Origin: Kudoa neothunni
Taxonomy: Eukaryota; Animalia; Cnidaria
Length of the DNA stretch: 64,000 nucleotides
Direction: 5' to 3'
Assembly (NCBI GenBank): GCA_964304625.1
Contig: OZ199840.1
Location: forward strand, 10,881,224-10,945,223
Shown piece after piece: positions 50,225 to 63,461 of the stretch (positions are counted from its first letter, which is position 1; the number at the start of each line of letters is the position of its first letter). The notes beneath the pieces were generated by a model, which saw only the letters and a program-made list of their open reading frames with translations, did no database searches and had not been told where the DNA came from. The translations under genes were made by a program, and so were the position numbers.

Positions 50225-52616
50225 ATGATGAAGCGTAGCTTTAATTTGGGAATATACTTGTATTTTTATGGTAAAGCTATTCGTATTTTTAAATTTTTTG
50301 TTCACTTATCCTTTAGTACTGTTGAGTGGTAACTACTGTATAGAAAGCACGGAATCTCCGAGAGTGTTATATTATGAAGCTATAACTCTTAACAACAGAA
50401 AAGGACTCAAAGTTTTATTGAAGGGGACCAAATATTCTGATGAAAAAGGATGCTCTGTAATGATAGACAAACGCAATCTACAAGGCTACATGGAAATCAG
50501 ATCCTGCACGGAAAATGTTGAATATAAGATCGAAACATGTTACGTAGAATGCGGCAAATTGCCAATTAGTTTAAGTTCAACAGAAAGAAAATTGAGAAAT
50601 AATTATATTTTAATCAGAGATAGATCTCAATTTGAGGACCTAGAGGACGACGCTATTTTCACAATGGCAAAAGTTTATGGGACATTAATACGTAATATTT
50701 GATAGTTGATTGGAATTTATTCTCTTTAGCCCCATTAACAAACCCTCTGTTTGAAGTGGCGGTGTCAGGATCTGATATATTGTTTAAGCAAAATATGTGC
50801 CCACATGTGACCTGTGGCACATATTATAATCAGATTCGCTTTGATGCCCATGTTGACATTGGAAATTGTGTCAGTCCTTCAATACATCATATACGCAGTT
50901 ATCATTGGGTGCCTGAATTCGAATTTAGATGCCCCGACTTCCCATCCCTTTATTATTATTTAAGAAACATATATATTCAGCGAAACATTGATATTTACAA
51001 ACCGCAATTTTATGTTAGTAAAAATGAAGATAATGGACCGCATAAATATCACCTGAATTTCACAAATAGTTTTCCTGGCGAAATTTGCAAATTTTATATC
51101 AAAAAATTTGTTAAAGGGGAATTTTTTAAGTATTTTTCCAGTTGCAAAACAGGAATCCTTGGTTGTTATGCTCCATGTGATAATGTTCAACTTATTTATT
51201 CATCTCCCTCGACTATTGTGGAAGTTTTGATCCAGCAAAGACACCATGACAGGATTTCCAATAATTTTGGTTACATTTATAGAAAGATAGGTAAATTTTT
51301 TCTTGTTAAAACCGCTAATACTAATATGGCAATGTAGTTGTAATGAAGGGATCGGATAAAAAAGAAAAGCTAATAAAATCGAGCACAAGTTCTACAGTTA
51401 GCCTAAATGTACTCTTATTCAAATACTTTGATTCATATTCATTGGTCGATTCATGCACTGTGTCCTATTATTATGCGGATGAATTGAGGAGTGCTTCGAG
51501 AATAGCCACCTGTGAAGATGATTCGTTATGCGACACATCTTGTGATTCTGAGCTTGACATTAAAAATTTACAAGTAGGACGTTCAGTTACTCTTGAAGTG
51601 GATATACGAATAAATAGCACAATTAAATTTCAAGAATATTTATACATTAAAATGAGTAATCTTGAATATTGATTCTGTTATAATCATAGAAATATTTATA
51701 TAGAGGCAAACGAAGAAAATAAATTTGCCAAAGACTTAATATACGTGGGAGATAAAATCCTATCAATAATTGCAGTAAATGGCTCTATTTCTGACAAAGA
51801 TGACATTACATGCGAATATCACGTTAGAGAATTCCTAACCAATAGTTATTATCCAGCAGAATGCGAACAAATTTTGCCTTGCAGGGGCTTTTGCAAAGAA
51901 AACAAAACTATAACTAACCTGCGTTGGAATAAAAACTACGATATAAAGGTTATATCGCAAGCAAAGTATGGTATTAAAATATACAAAAATGTTAGAAACG
52001 GTAAAATTAATGTCGCTGCTAATAGAATAATCTATTTTGTAGAACCTACTATTGATTATAAAAGTATAATTTCTGCGTTGGGATTAAATTACAGTCGTAT
52101 TGATAAAAATATTATGGTCACCACAAACTTCATATCCAATATTAAAGATCCTAAATGTGTTTGGAAATTGTATCGTTCGTACGGTGACATAACTTTAATG
52201 GTAAAAAAGTGTATGGAGATTAACGATGTTGATTGCAGACATGTTCCATCCTGTAATGCGTTCGTCATTGAAAATACAGATAATGACATAGAATACAACC
52301 TGAGTGTATTCTTCTATCTAGACCAATATCTAAACCAAGATATTACAATAAAGAAAGGTAAAAATGTTTATTGTATCTACTATAGTGACTAATTTATCGT
52401 ATATCGTATAGGCAAGGGAAAATTTTCTACGTAAATTTGTTCTTTACTACCAAACAAAAATAATTTTAATTTAGGTTAACATTAATTATGTACTCGGCTT
52501 CATTATTTTCAATTTGTTATAATGCTCTAAATTTATTTAGAATAATTGGAACCTTGGGAGGAATATTTCTCATTATATTAATTCTAGGGATTAGTATTAA
52601 ATATGCAAAAAGATGA
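50225..52616 (+). CDS. Uncharacterised type I membrane protein with repeated 4-Cys modules (paralog 1)
   Basis: Signal-peptide exon MMKRSFNLGIYLYFY|VLLSG, then ORF-track exons 50268-52392 joined by short introns, two micro-exons and a TM exon IIGTLGGIFLIILILGISIKYAKR*. Exon structure is shared with paralog 2. Confidence 0.82.
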
Positions 52617-53077
52617 TGATGTATCAGAAAAATAACTTTGTTAATTTTAATTGTTTTATCCTCATAATCTCATAATATTATTAATTATGGTAATGTTTTG
52701 ATAATGCGTCATTCTGTTAGAAAATAGGGAATTCACGCAATATTTACACTATTTCGCGCGCATTCTTATTTTTGTTTCTTAATAATATTTGGAAGTAGAT
52801 TCCTTCTCTCGTTGTCTATATTATATTAATAAATAAATATAATATTGAATATAAATAATTGAGAAATTCATTTCTTTATAAAATTTTCGTGAAGACGCAT
52901 TTATTAGTGATTTAGTGGTATTTTTATGTTCTTAAATTGAAGCCGGTTTTCTTTAATTAGTCACAACGATTAATTTAATTTATTTTGATAAATTTTATAA
53001 TATTTTTATTTTCACTCCTACTATTCCGATAAAATAAAGTTCCATATTTAATCTTCTAAATCACATGAAAATTTACA

Positions 53078-54155
53078 CCCTCCAGGTATAATTGGGGTCT
53101 AAAGACTCTCCGTTTTTGTTTGGTAAAATATTTTATCGTTATATATTCAGTAATTCCATAAATGACATAATGTAATATTGTGTGCGCACAATAAAGAAAT
53201 ATTTTTACCACAGCGTATGTGTATGTATTACTTTTGAGATCACATATTTTCTATATACATAACTTAAAATTCAGCTCATTTAGAAAAATTAATTCTTTAT
53301 TTAATTTGAGCTTAAAGTGATAAAAAATATCATAATTCTGACATAGACATAGATACGCTTGAAATGTTCATTAGGGCGGAAACTACGCGTTTTTTTCACA
53401 TCTAAATATGCCGTAGTTCACCAACATGGCAAAAGTTTCCGGATTATTTTTGTTACCTCAATATTTTCCGTATCATCAAAATGTGAAACTCACATTATTT
53501 GGAGAAATTTATGTAATGAAATAAATCATGATATATCTTTCCTTTTTCTAGCCCAAATAACTCTTTAACCAATTCTCGATTATCCCTATGATATCCCGTC
53601 AGAAATAAACTGCTAATGAACCCATCCAATTCGATCCATCTATCACCAAAAATATTTCCACCCATGTACTGGTATATTTTTAAATAATGGCGTACATAAC
53701 AGAATTAAAAATTATTCTAAAAGTATCAATTGTATTTTGTAATAAAAACGGAGAGACACCAGAACAACTATTCATAATATCTGCAACACATGTTCTAGAT
53801 GCCAAAGGCCGATTCATTGACCGTGATATACTTTTCTTGTGTATTAATGAGTTAAATTGTATATATGTATCAACATCATATTTTTCTAACGATAAATAAT
53901 CATGGATCGCTGAAAATAAATCTGAAGATTCGGTATCAGAGTCATTACTATTAAGATCACTTGAACACATCATTGAAATAAATTATGGTGCATGTGCAAT
54001 GTAGATTAAGATATGTTATTCAAGCAATAAAAATATATTTACTTAATAGAATTTTTTCAAAGTTTCCTCAAACATTTAAATAAATATTTTGGATAATTAG
54101 ATGAAAAAAAATCGAGGGGTCAAAAATACCTCAATTTTAAATTATACTTAGAGGG
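53078..54155 (-). mobile_element. Internally deleted piggyBac element
   Basis: CCCTCCAGGTATAATT ... AATTATACTTAGAGGG|TTAA. An acidic/Ser-rich transposase N-terminus (53680-53973) is followed by frameshifted remnants. Confidence 0.7.
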
Positions 54156-54553
54156 TTAATTATCTAATGCAATGATAAGTAAAAATATCAAAAAAAATAT
54201 ATTCGTTTCGAGAGTTTAACAAAATTTTAAAGTAGGGTTGTTTTTAAAATATTTTCGACAAAGATAAATAATCTAATGACTACATAATTAAAAAAACATT
54301 ATTCAATTTGTCTTTGATTTAAATTATATATGATATAAATTATTTTATTTTTATTTAATATGTAAAAAAATTTTGCAGGCTATCTCATTTTCTTAAATAA
54401 ATTATAAAAATCTTAATAGAATCAATAATACTTGCACAAAATATATAATTAATCGAAAAACGTACTTAAAAAAATTCAGAGATTAATAAACAAAGCTAAG
54501 AATTATGTATTTTAAGAAGATATAAAATTCTTTATTAAATTAAACCTCTAGTG

Positions 54554-56029
54554 CAGCGTTCCCCTACAAATTTTACACCCTCATCCTAATTTCCACGTTC
54601 ACTTCGCATCCCCTTCTCCATGTGAATGTCAAGACTCAATTATACTTTTTATTTAAATGCGAAAATATAAATGTATTAAAATAACAATTTTTATTATTTT
54701 AGTTTATATTTTAACTTCAAATTTTCCCATTTACTTCTAAAATAAAATAAATTAAAACGAAAATGTTTTTGTTAACTCAATTTGGTATGTATAATTGAGT
54801 AAACATGAACATTATCTTTTCACTCCTCCTGATTTAACATTCAACGATTGGAGTTATTATTCATTCCTGCCTATATATGCCATTTTTATGTAAAGTAATA
54901 AATAACTAGAATAAATTATATTATTATAATTATTCCAAAATATTAGACGTAAAAAATAAATATAAATCTAAATTATAAAAAGTATGGTCGCTTAAATAAG
55001 TTCTGTACTTAAAGATGTAAATTAAATGGGTCAAATAAAAATGGCCAATTTGTATAATTCAGAAGAAACATTATTTCAAAATTAATTGTTATTTAGTATT
55101 TACTTGAACTGGCGGTTCTCTTTCTCTCGCCGGGTTTTCATAAGTAATTCAAAGCAGGACATTTTGTTGGACTATGAAAGATGAAAATCGTTTCACGCGT
55201 TTAATGAATTCCAATACTTATTATTTGTTTATAATGAAGTCGATAAGCTTGTTTCATATGCTATCTTTTATTGACTTAATCTAGCGACTACTTTATTCTA
55301 TATTGAGTCATACGTTAGCTTATATTTTGAGGCAGTGGGTTAATAAAAATTCGATAGATTCAAGAAATTTGACTTCTAAATATACTTGACTAAAATAATT
55401 AATATATATGTCTATAAATGAATGATTTGGACCTTATTTTACCTATACTTTAAAGAACAATTTAACTTAGATTTATTTCAGAGGCAAGGTACAAATTCGA
55501 AAGTAAAATTTGAAACAAAACATAATAAAAACTATAAAATTAAATGATGAATCTCAAATTTGGACATAAGACAAAGTTAAGATTACGTGGTTGTTTTATT
55601 TTTATGGATATGGATTATTTGTAAGTAGAAAAAAATGATGACAACCTAATTACAGCTTGAGAATATATGTTATTTTGAAAGATAACAAAGTTAAGATTTT
55701 ACATAAAAATGGCGAAAGTTAAATTTTTTTAGCTGAACAGGCTTAATATAAACTATTACCTTACTGCACTATTTCGTAGAATAAATTATAAATTAAATAA
55801 CTTATCATAGCCCATTTTTTGAATCGAAACTAAATGACATCAAGACAACCAGATATAGTATTGTACGCATTACGTTCTTACATGATTTAAACGGGGACTA
55901 ACGAAAATTACGAAGTAAATAAATTAAGATTAATTTTTAAATTTATTCTTGAATGATTCCCGCACCACCAATGATGGCTCTTCGCATCCCTAGGGGGTGC
56001 GGGAACCCCCTCCTTGTAAGGAAACATTG
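54554..56029. mobile_element. Possible hAT (Charlie-like) non-autonomous element
   Basis: Ends CAGCGTTCCCC / GGAAACATTG with subterminal cgcatccc/cgcacc motifs like the 13854 MITE. The TSD matches only partly. Confidence 0.4.
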
Positions 56030-56034
56030 ATCTA

Positions 56035-56900
56035 CAATCAATTGGGAAGATAGGTTGTAACTTTCTTTACACGCCCTCATAAATTCATCAAATATATATC
56101 TGATGGTGACAAGTTTATCCTCTCTATCACTGGTTCTTCTCTTGTCGAATCTGAGACAAGTTGCGAAATCTTCAAAGCGATTTCCTGTTATCTTTGTAAT
56201 TAGCTATTGAAGGCCAAATTTTTTAGTCAAAAATTATCGGATATTTTCCTTTTTGCCTCTAATTACGCCAATTAATAATATAGCTACGGAAAAAATCCTT
56301 ACCTTATCCATATTTATCTTGTTGACATTGAGTTTTTCTTGTTCAATAAATTTGTTGGTACAATATTGGATCTCTTCCAACAATTTATTGGTCAAAAAAT
56401 TATTAAAGCCCTCATGGGAGTTTGACAATTCTGGACAGTTTTTTTGTAATTTTCGATTATGCATTATAAATATTTTCCATTGTAGGGATCCATTCAAAAC
56501 TAATTGGGGTTTTACGCCGTATTCTCCATCTTTGGAGACAATAAACGGGACATGGGTCATATCTTCAATTCTCGCATCATCATCATCGTCATCGTAATTG
56601 TTGGCTGGCTCATTAATTATTTCACCCAAATCCTCCGAACAACTTACATAATCGTTTTAAAAAAAATATGTTCCTCGTCAGAATTCATTTTTTAAGCGAA
56701 TTTTTTGTTGAACGCGCAAGCTTGTCATAAAATAAATTCAATTAAAATTTTTGATTAAACATATAATTAGTAATAAGTTATTTCAGAATATTTTAAATTG
56801 CGTATGAAATATAATATTAAAATTAGAATGATGTAATTACAATACAAAATATTAATTCTGTTAACAATTACATGTGAACCGAAATGGTCCATCTCAGGTA
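56035..56900 (-). mobile_element. piggyBac transposase 5' fragment
   Basis: Acidic N-terminus, FIVSKDG, FLTNKLLEEIQYCTN, ILLIGV and a frameshifted DKLVTIRYIFDEF segment. Confidence 0.7.
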
Positions 56901-57854
56901 TTTAGGTAATTTTTTTCACAAAAATTCTCAAAATTTACAGATCTATTATTTTAAAATGTAATAAAACATACTTACAGAATAAAATAGGAATGCATAAAAA
57001 AGTTTAAAACAATGTACGCAAAAAGATATTCAAAGGTTGTTATTCCCACTTGTTGTCTTTTTGTTAAATTTAGTGATCTTAATTTTTTTATGAATTTAGT
57101 TTATAGCTTGTTTTAAATTGGTTTAATTTAAAAATGACAGGAAATTACTATTAGTTTTATAAGGATAAACTAATAATAAATAAAAAGAATGTAGCAATAA
57201 AAATATTAAAATTTTTGTCGATAAAAAATATGTTAAAATTAATATAAATAATAGTAGCTAAACATAAACTGCTAACTTTGTATGAGCACCTACACAACAC
57301 CCTAATTATATTTAATTTGTTTCGTCCAACAATTGGTAGGTTTTAATTAAAATATTATTAATTATTTATAATAACTAACAAAGTACAACAATATATATTT
57401 TTATAAATCCTAATATCCATTAAATCTACAATATTTTGTATGTTAATATTCATAAATAATTATCTTAAATATTTCAGAAATTGTTATTTTGTAATTTTAT
57501 TACGACATTAATAATGTATATTGTATTAAAAATAATTCGATTTTTATTATATTGATAAGAAGAATATGGATCGTTGGAAATAACATAATTTTGCCAACTA
57601 ATTAAATACAAATATTATTAAAATAAATTAATTTACATGAGGTATCTTTTGAATAATTAATTAATACATTTTATAGAAAAGAATATCTAATTAGCAACTA
57701 TTATTAATATGTGTACATCGTTATGTGTAATTTAGAGTGTGATCCTAATCTTAATAAATGCTAAATAATTAATGTATAACCAAAATATATCAAAGCGATA
57801 GTTATTAGCCAAAATCGTCTTCAATAAACTCAATTTATCTATAGACAGAAATAA

Positions 57855-60233
57855 ATGAGAAACTTTCTCAATAGTCTTGGATGGATTTTCCTCTTGAAAA
57901 GTATGAATGTTGATGAATTATTATTACATTGATAGTTTAGCAATATGGGAAGCTCCGGCTATAGAAAATAATAAACCTCCAAGAGTACTTTTTTATGGAA
58001 TCTCAGCGTATCATACTCAGGAAGAGTTTGTGATTTATATGCGTGGAAGCGAATATTTGAAACCCAAAATATGTCATATAATGATAGAAAATAATATGAG
58101 GGATGATTATATAGATGTAGACGCTTGTACAGGATATATCAGAAATGGAGGCAGGAAATGTTTTGCTCGTTGTAATAAAACCAAAATCAGAATCCCTTTT
58201 GGTGAATTTGGTTCCAGGATAAGGTATGTATTTGTAAAAGATGCAGATTCGAAAAGGGATTTACACAATGAAAGCCCTATAATTGGAAAAACTGTTTTTG
58301 GTTTCCAAACACGTAATAATTTTGCTATAAGCAAATTTTTGAACTTTTATAGCCATGCTATTAAATCCTGAATTTAAATTATCTGTATCCGAATCCAAAA
58401 TAATACTAGGATTCAAATCATGTCCTCCTGTTCCATGTCGCACTACATATCATCAAATCGAATTCGATGAGAAAATTGAATTTGGAAGTTGCTTCACTTA
58501 TTCATTCCATCATCTAGCCAGTTATCACTGGATACCCAAGTATGAATTGAAATGTCTTAATAAACCATCCTTCTATTATGATATGAGAAACAAATATATT
58601 CGAAATAATATTGATATTTACAAACCGCAATTTTACGTTAGCAAAAGACTGAATCAACAAAATAAATATTATTTGAATTTTACTAATAGTTTTCCTGATG
58701 AAATTTGCAAATTCGGTATAAGAAAATTGATAAACGGCGACAATTCAACTTTGAAATATTCTTCTCTTTGCAATAAAAGGAGAGATGGGTGTTACGCCCC
58801 GTGTAATAATGTTGAACTATTTTATGATTCTCGCTCAATACTAGTGGAAATACTGATCCAATCACGATACCACAATTTATCATCAAATAAAAATGAATAT
58901 AATGACGTTGGATTTATATATAGGAAGATTGGTAATTAATAATTTATAACTTATAAATATTGCGTATTAGTTATAACAGAAGGGTCTCATGAGAATGAAA
59001 AATTAATATTATCTTATTCAAGTTCAAGTGTTCGCCTGAATATACCCTTATTTATTTATGATTCGAAATATCTGTTTGAAAAATGTGTGACCCATTACTA
59101 CTATGCAGGTGAATTTAAGGCTGATAGAATCAATATGATCATCCCAAGTTGTGATCTTGAAGCAATATGCGATACATCCTGCAAATCGCCGCTTGACATA
59201 AATGATCTACCAGAAGGTAGTCCACTTATGTTCGAAGTTAAAATATTCTTTAAGAGCTCGTTTATCATGAATGAATATATTTTTGTTAGAACATGTAACG
59301 AATTTGTATTATTCACTTTGTAATATATTTTTAGCTTCGAAAGAGGTTAACTATTTTTCTAACAATCAAATTTACGTTGGAGATACATCGGTATCAATAA
59401 TCGCGCGTCGAGGCATAATTTATAACAAAGATGATATCACTTGCGAATATTATCTCAGAGTTGTTGAATCTAACACATTCTATCCAGCACAGTGTGGCGG
59501 AATTACTATTTGTCGTGGTTTTTGCAAGGAAAACAAAACCATAACAAATATCTCGCAAGGAACTAATTATGATATAAAAGTTGTTTCACAAGCTTTTTAC
59601 GACACTAAAATATACCAAAATATAAGAAAAGGTTAAAATAATATTACTATAATAGAGATATAGTTATTATAGAATTTAAGATTGATTATGATATCGATAA
59701 AAATACTAAAATGAAGTTAAACTTTACATTCACGAATAATACCATTATAGTGAATACCGACTTTGTCAGCAAAACACACAAACCAAAATGTCTTTGGGAA
59801 TTATATTGCCTCTCTGGTCCAGTCACTGAAATAGTAAAAAAATGCACACAACCCAAAGACACCGACTGTATACATATTCCGTACTGCCAGAGTTTTATTA
59901 TCGATAAAGCGGAAAAAGGAAAGCTATATCTATTATTAGTATACTTACAGGAAGATAAATTCATACGGGGCAGAATTTTAATTGATGCCCATGAAAATAT
60001 TAAATTTCTCAATGAAAACACTGATTTGAATATCACAGAAACAGAAATAATTTCTATGTAATCATTTGTTTCTTTAGAAAAATAATAATTTTTAGGACAT
60101 ATTTGGCTATGTAATTTTCATATGATTTAAGTTGATATTTTTAGTTAATTTTAGAATCTCTGTCATTTTAGGCATAGTTGGTTTAGTTATCGTGTCCTTT
60201 GGATTCTATTATGGATATTGGAATGAAGAATAG
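57855..60233 (+). CDS. Uncharacterised type I membrane protein with repeated 4-Cys modules (paralog 2)
   Basis: MRNFLNSLGWIFLLK|TIWEAPA.., colinear with paralog 1 (SYHW.P..E..C, NIDIYKPQFYVSK, LNFTNSFP.EICKF, CDTSC, DDITCEY, CRGFCKENKTITN, PKC.W.LY), then a 15-nt micro-exon and TM exon ISVILGIVGLVIVSFGFYYGYWNEE*. Confidence 0.82.
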
Positions 60234-60289
60234 TTATAATTGTTAAATATTCATTCTAAACATTTTGAATTAGAATAAATTTTATCCTT

Positions 60290-61289
60290 TATTATTCGTG
60301 GGACCAACTGGGGTCATTTGTGACCCCAATATCAATAGTTTTCCTTTTTTACGCATATAACATTAAATGAGAAAGCTCAAAGCTATTTGATTCCTCATTT
60401 AAAGTTTGTAGTTAATAATCATAAGGTTATAAAGAAAATAATATGTTTACTGATATAAATATTTTACCTTTAATAAGCGATGTACCCTCTACTTCATTTA
60501 AATGTAGCTATTACGAATTAATATCAAAATAACAAATATTATAAAAAAAGCTAATGACATTAATTTTCATTAAAAAGCATTAGAACATTATTATAAGCGT
60601 AATAAATACATTTTTTGGTTTCGCGTCGATCAACTCCGTTTGATTATGTTGAGTATCCAAAGATTATCCTTTAGAAGAGATTTCAACAGGCAATGTAATG
60701 AAGGACAACACACATCGAACTTTTACTTTAAATCAAAAAGAAGTCAAAAAAATCCGTTATTAGCTTTAAAATATATTCAAATTTTATTAAAAATATATTT
60801 TATGGTTTCCACATCTGAATAAGTATAAGTTAGTTGGGAAGGGCACCCCCTGTTTAATAATCAAATATCAAATCATAATCTACAGTTGCATTCAAATATT
60901 ATTCAGTAGCCCTGGAGATTGTAATCATCAAACATTTGTGGTCCCGTGCTCAAAGTTCACATTAAAACTCAATTAGATGTTCTACTATTATCGTTCTCCT
61001 CTTGAAAATACTCGAAGATAATTGTATCTATCTATCTATCTATCTAAGACATTACATCCATTAATATACAAATGATATGGATAATGGTGTATGGAGCGAT
61101 GTAAGAATTTAATGATAACTTAGCAGTGGTAGAAATACCAACACCTAATTTTTATTAAATACATACAATAATTATAACAACTAGATGGACTGAAAGGATA
61201 TAACTGTTTAAAAAATTGAAAAAGTCCTGGGGTCAAAAATGACCCCAGTTGATTCCTCGTGAAGTTTTTTTCAGTAGGTCCTTCGGGGG
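60290..61289. mobile_element. Non-autonomous piggyBac-like element
   Basis: Subterminal palindromes CTGGGGTCATTTGTGACCCCA (~60308) and CTGGGGTCAAAAATGACCCCAG (~61227). The right end is CGGGGG|TTAA; the left end is unclear. Confidence 0.55.
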
Positions 61290-62989
61290 TTAATTATTTT
61301 CAAGGCAATAATTTTTGATTGTTGATTTCGATAGGTTTCAAAAGTGAATTCTATAACTTGGAAAAATTGAAATTTATTAGGTTTTGTTTTTATCAGCTTA
61401 ATTATTTCAAAATATTTTTGTTTTATTCAATAATGTGTAGTTTTGATTGCTATAAATCTTAAAATCCTGCTGAATTCATAAATTTATCTTGGTTAAGAAT
61501 AAATAAAAAATTAAAATCATTTTTTTCAGATTCTGACTAATAATTTTAAAATATTGTGACATGAACCTTGAGATTATTGAATTTTTAATTTAACTTACTA
61601 GTTGATATTCACAATTATAATTACTAACCTTTTAACTAATAAAATTTAAATATATTGTTTAACAAAATAAATCAAATTATATTATACTATCAAAATGATT
61701 TTATAAAATTTATGGACATACACAAAAAATTTAATTTTTAAGTTTTTTTAATATTTTAAGTAATATTTAATTTAGATTTTGGTTTAAAAATCACGAAAAT
61801 ATCCGAAATGGCATTTGTTTCTAAATTATCTTCAACGCTGTAGTAATCCCCCTATGAACAGAGGCTGAGCCCGCGCTAACTCGCTACATTATTGGGCGGA
61901 AATCCTCAAGACCACTACGACTATCGGTTTTATCGCTATAGCTTCTACTGATATTATAACTATAATAAATAAAGATCTACATACATTATTATAAACATTG
62001 ATAGTTTCTTCGCGCAAATGCCACTAACGTAAGCACTTTTTTCATTCGAAGTAATTACGATATATTTCGCCTTTATCGAAAAAATACAATATTAAACTCT
62101 TTGATCGATATTTTGATTATGGTCCTATTTTATTTTTCTATTTTAAAAATCCAATCTAATGTCGAGGTAATTAATAGACTCGGTATTACTAACTAGTATA
62201 TGGCCTAACAATGAAACAGTGGTCAGGATAAAGCGATAGACAAAAAAAGTCTTGACAACGAATCAAAATAATTTATCATATTTTTTCATACAAATATGGG
62301 ATTAATTGAAGTTTTATTTCTCATTTTTTTCTAATTTGAATAATTGGTTTATTCGTAGGCAAATTCTCTACTAAAATGTAATTAAATCATATACAGATTA
62401 TCAAAATTTATTATAATTAAAAAATTTTGCTTATTTGATGCATTAAATTTTAAACTTAAATTATATAAATTCATAAATAAACTAAATGAAATGTTTGATT
62501 TGTTAAAAGTTAGTATAAAACTGATGTTCTACTGTTTATTAGTAATCAATTACGATGATAATGATTAAGAAGCCTCATCAATTTGTTACCCCTAAAATAA
62601 CTAATAATTATATTAAAACTATATATATATATATAAGTTTATTGAACAAAAATTACCTTTTTTATCTGACTCGGAGGGATTATTAATATTATTTAAAATA
62701 GTGGATCATTTCGTCTAAAATTTCAGATTTACTAATGTTGTTTGAATCAAGTTTTAGTTAAATTAAGATATAATCAAGAAACAATTTTAAATATTAAATT
62801 GAAGATTAATTCAAGAATTTTAAAATTATGGAGTGAATTTAATTGTCTCGGTGGAATTATATTATTAAAAAATTTTTTGTAAATATGACAGGATAATATC
62901 ACTTAATGGCACCATTTATTTGGGCGGATATCAACGAAAATTGAATTCCTTCATTGTCACACACTTAATCCTATTTCATGCATTTAAAA

Positions 62990-63447
62990 ATGAAAAAATA
63001 CTCCTATTTTCTTTCCTTAATTTTTACATTCAACTGTAAGTATACTACAAACAATTTATAAATCTTATATCAATTTAGTAATAACGAAAGGAAACGTTTC
63101 AGAAAATGAACCTTCAAGAGAACTCAAATACGAATTTTTATATGGTAGAATTTTAACAAGACTAAATTTTTGGTTGGTTGGAAAAAATTACTCAGAAGAC
63201 AAAATGTGTCATTTAATGATTGAAAATGACATTAAGGATGGATATATGGAAATCAATGATTTTTCGGAAGACAATGAAGGAATTTCTGCGGAAAATATTA
63301 TGTACTGTGAAGAGGTAGAGATTGGTCTGCGTATCAGCGAACAAACAATAAGTAAAAAATATCTATTCGTAGAAGATGGAACGACAACAAGTGATATAAT
63401 GGCCCAAAACTCCGCTGTGAAAAAAACTATTTTTGGAATGCAAATAC
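62990..63447 (+). CDS. Paralog 3 of the 4-Cys-module membrane protein family (first two exons; remainder presumably beyond the window or disrupted)
   Basis: MKKYSYFLSLIFTFN|LITKG..LVGKNYSEDKMCHLMIENDIKDGYMEI..KTIFGMQI, with a donor at 63448 in the same position as in paralogs 1 and 2. Confidence 0.75.
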
Positions 63448-63461
63448 GTAATATATAACTA

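Noticed and set aside
16071-59316. Antisense ORFs overlapping real genes or transposases (e.g. 16071+, 28043+, 48571-, 58107-, 59101-)
   Set aside because: These are shadow frames of coding sequence on the other strand, with no independent evidence.
61855-61935. GC-rich tRNA/SINE-like segment on the minus strand
   Set aside because: An A-box-like word is present, but the B box is degenerate and no cloverleaf forms.
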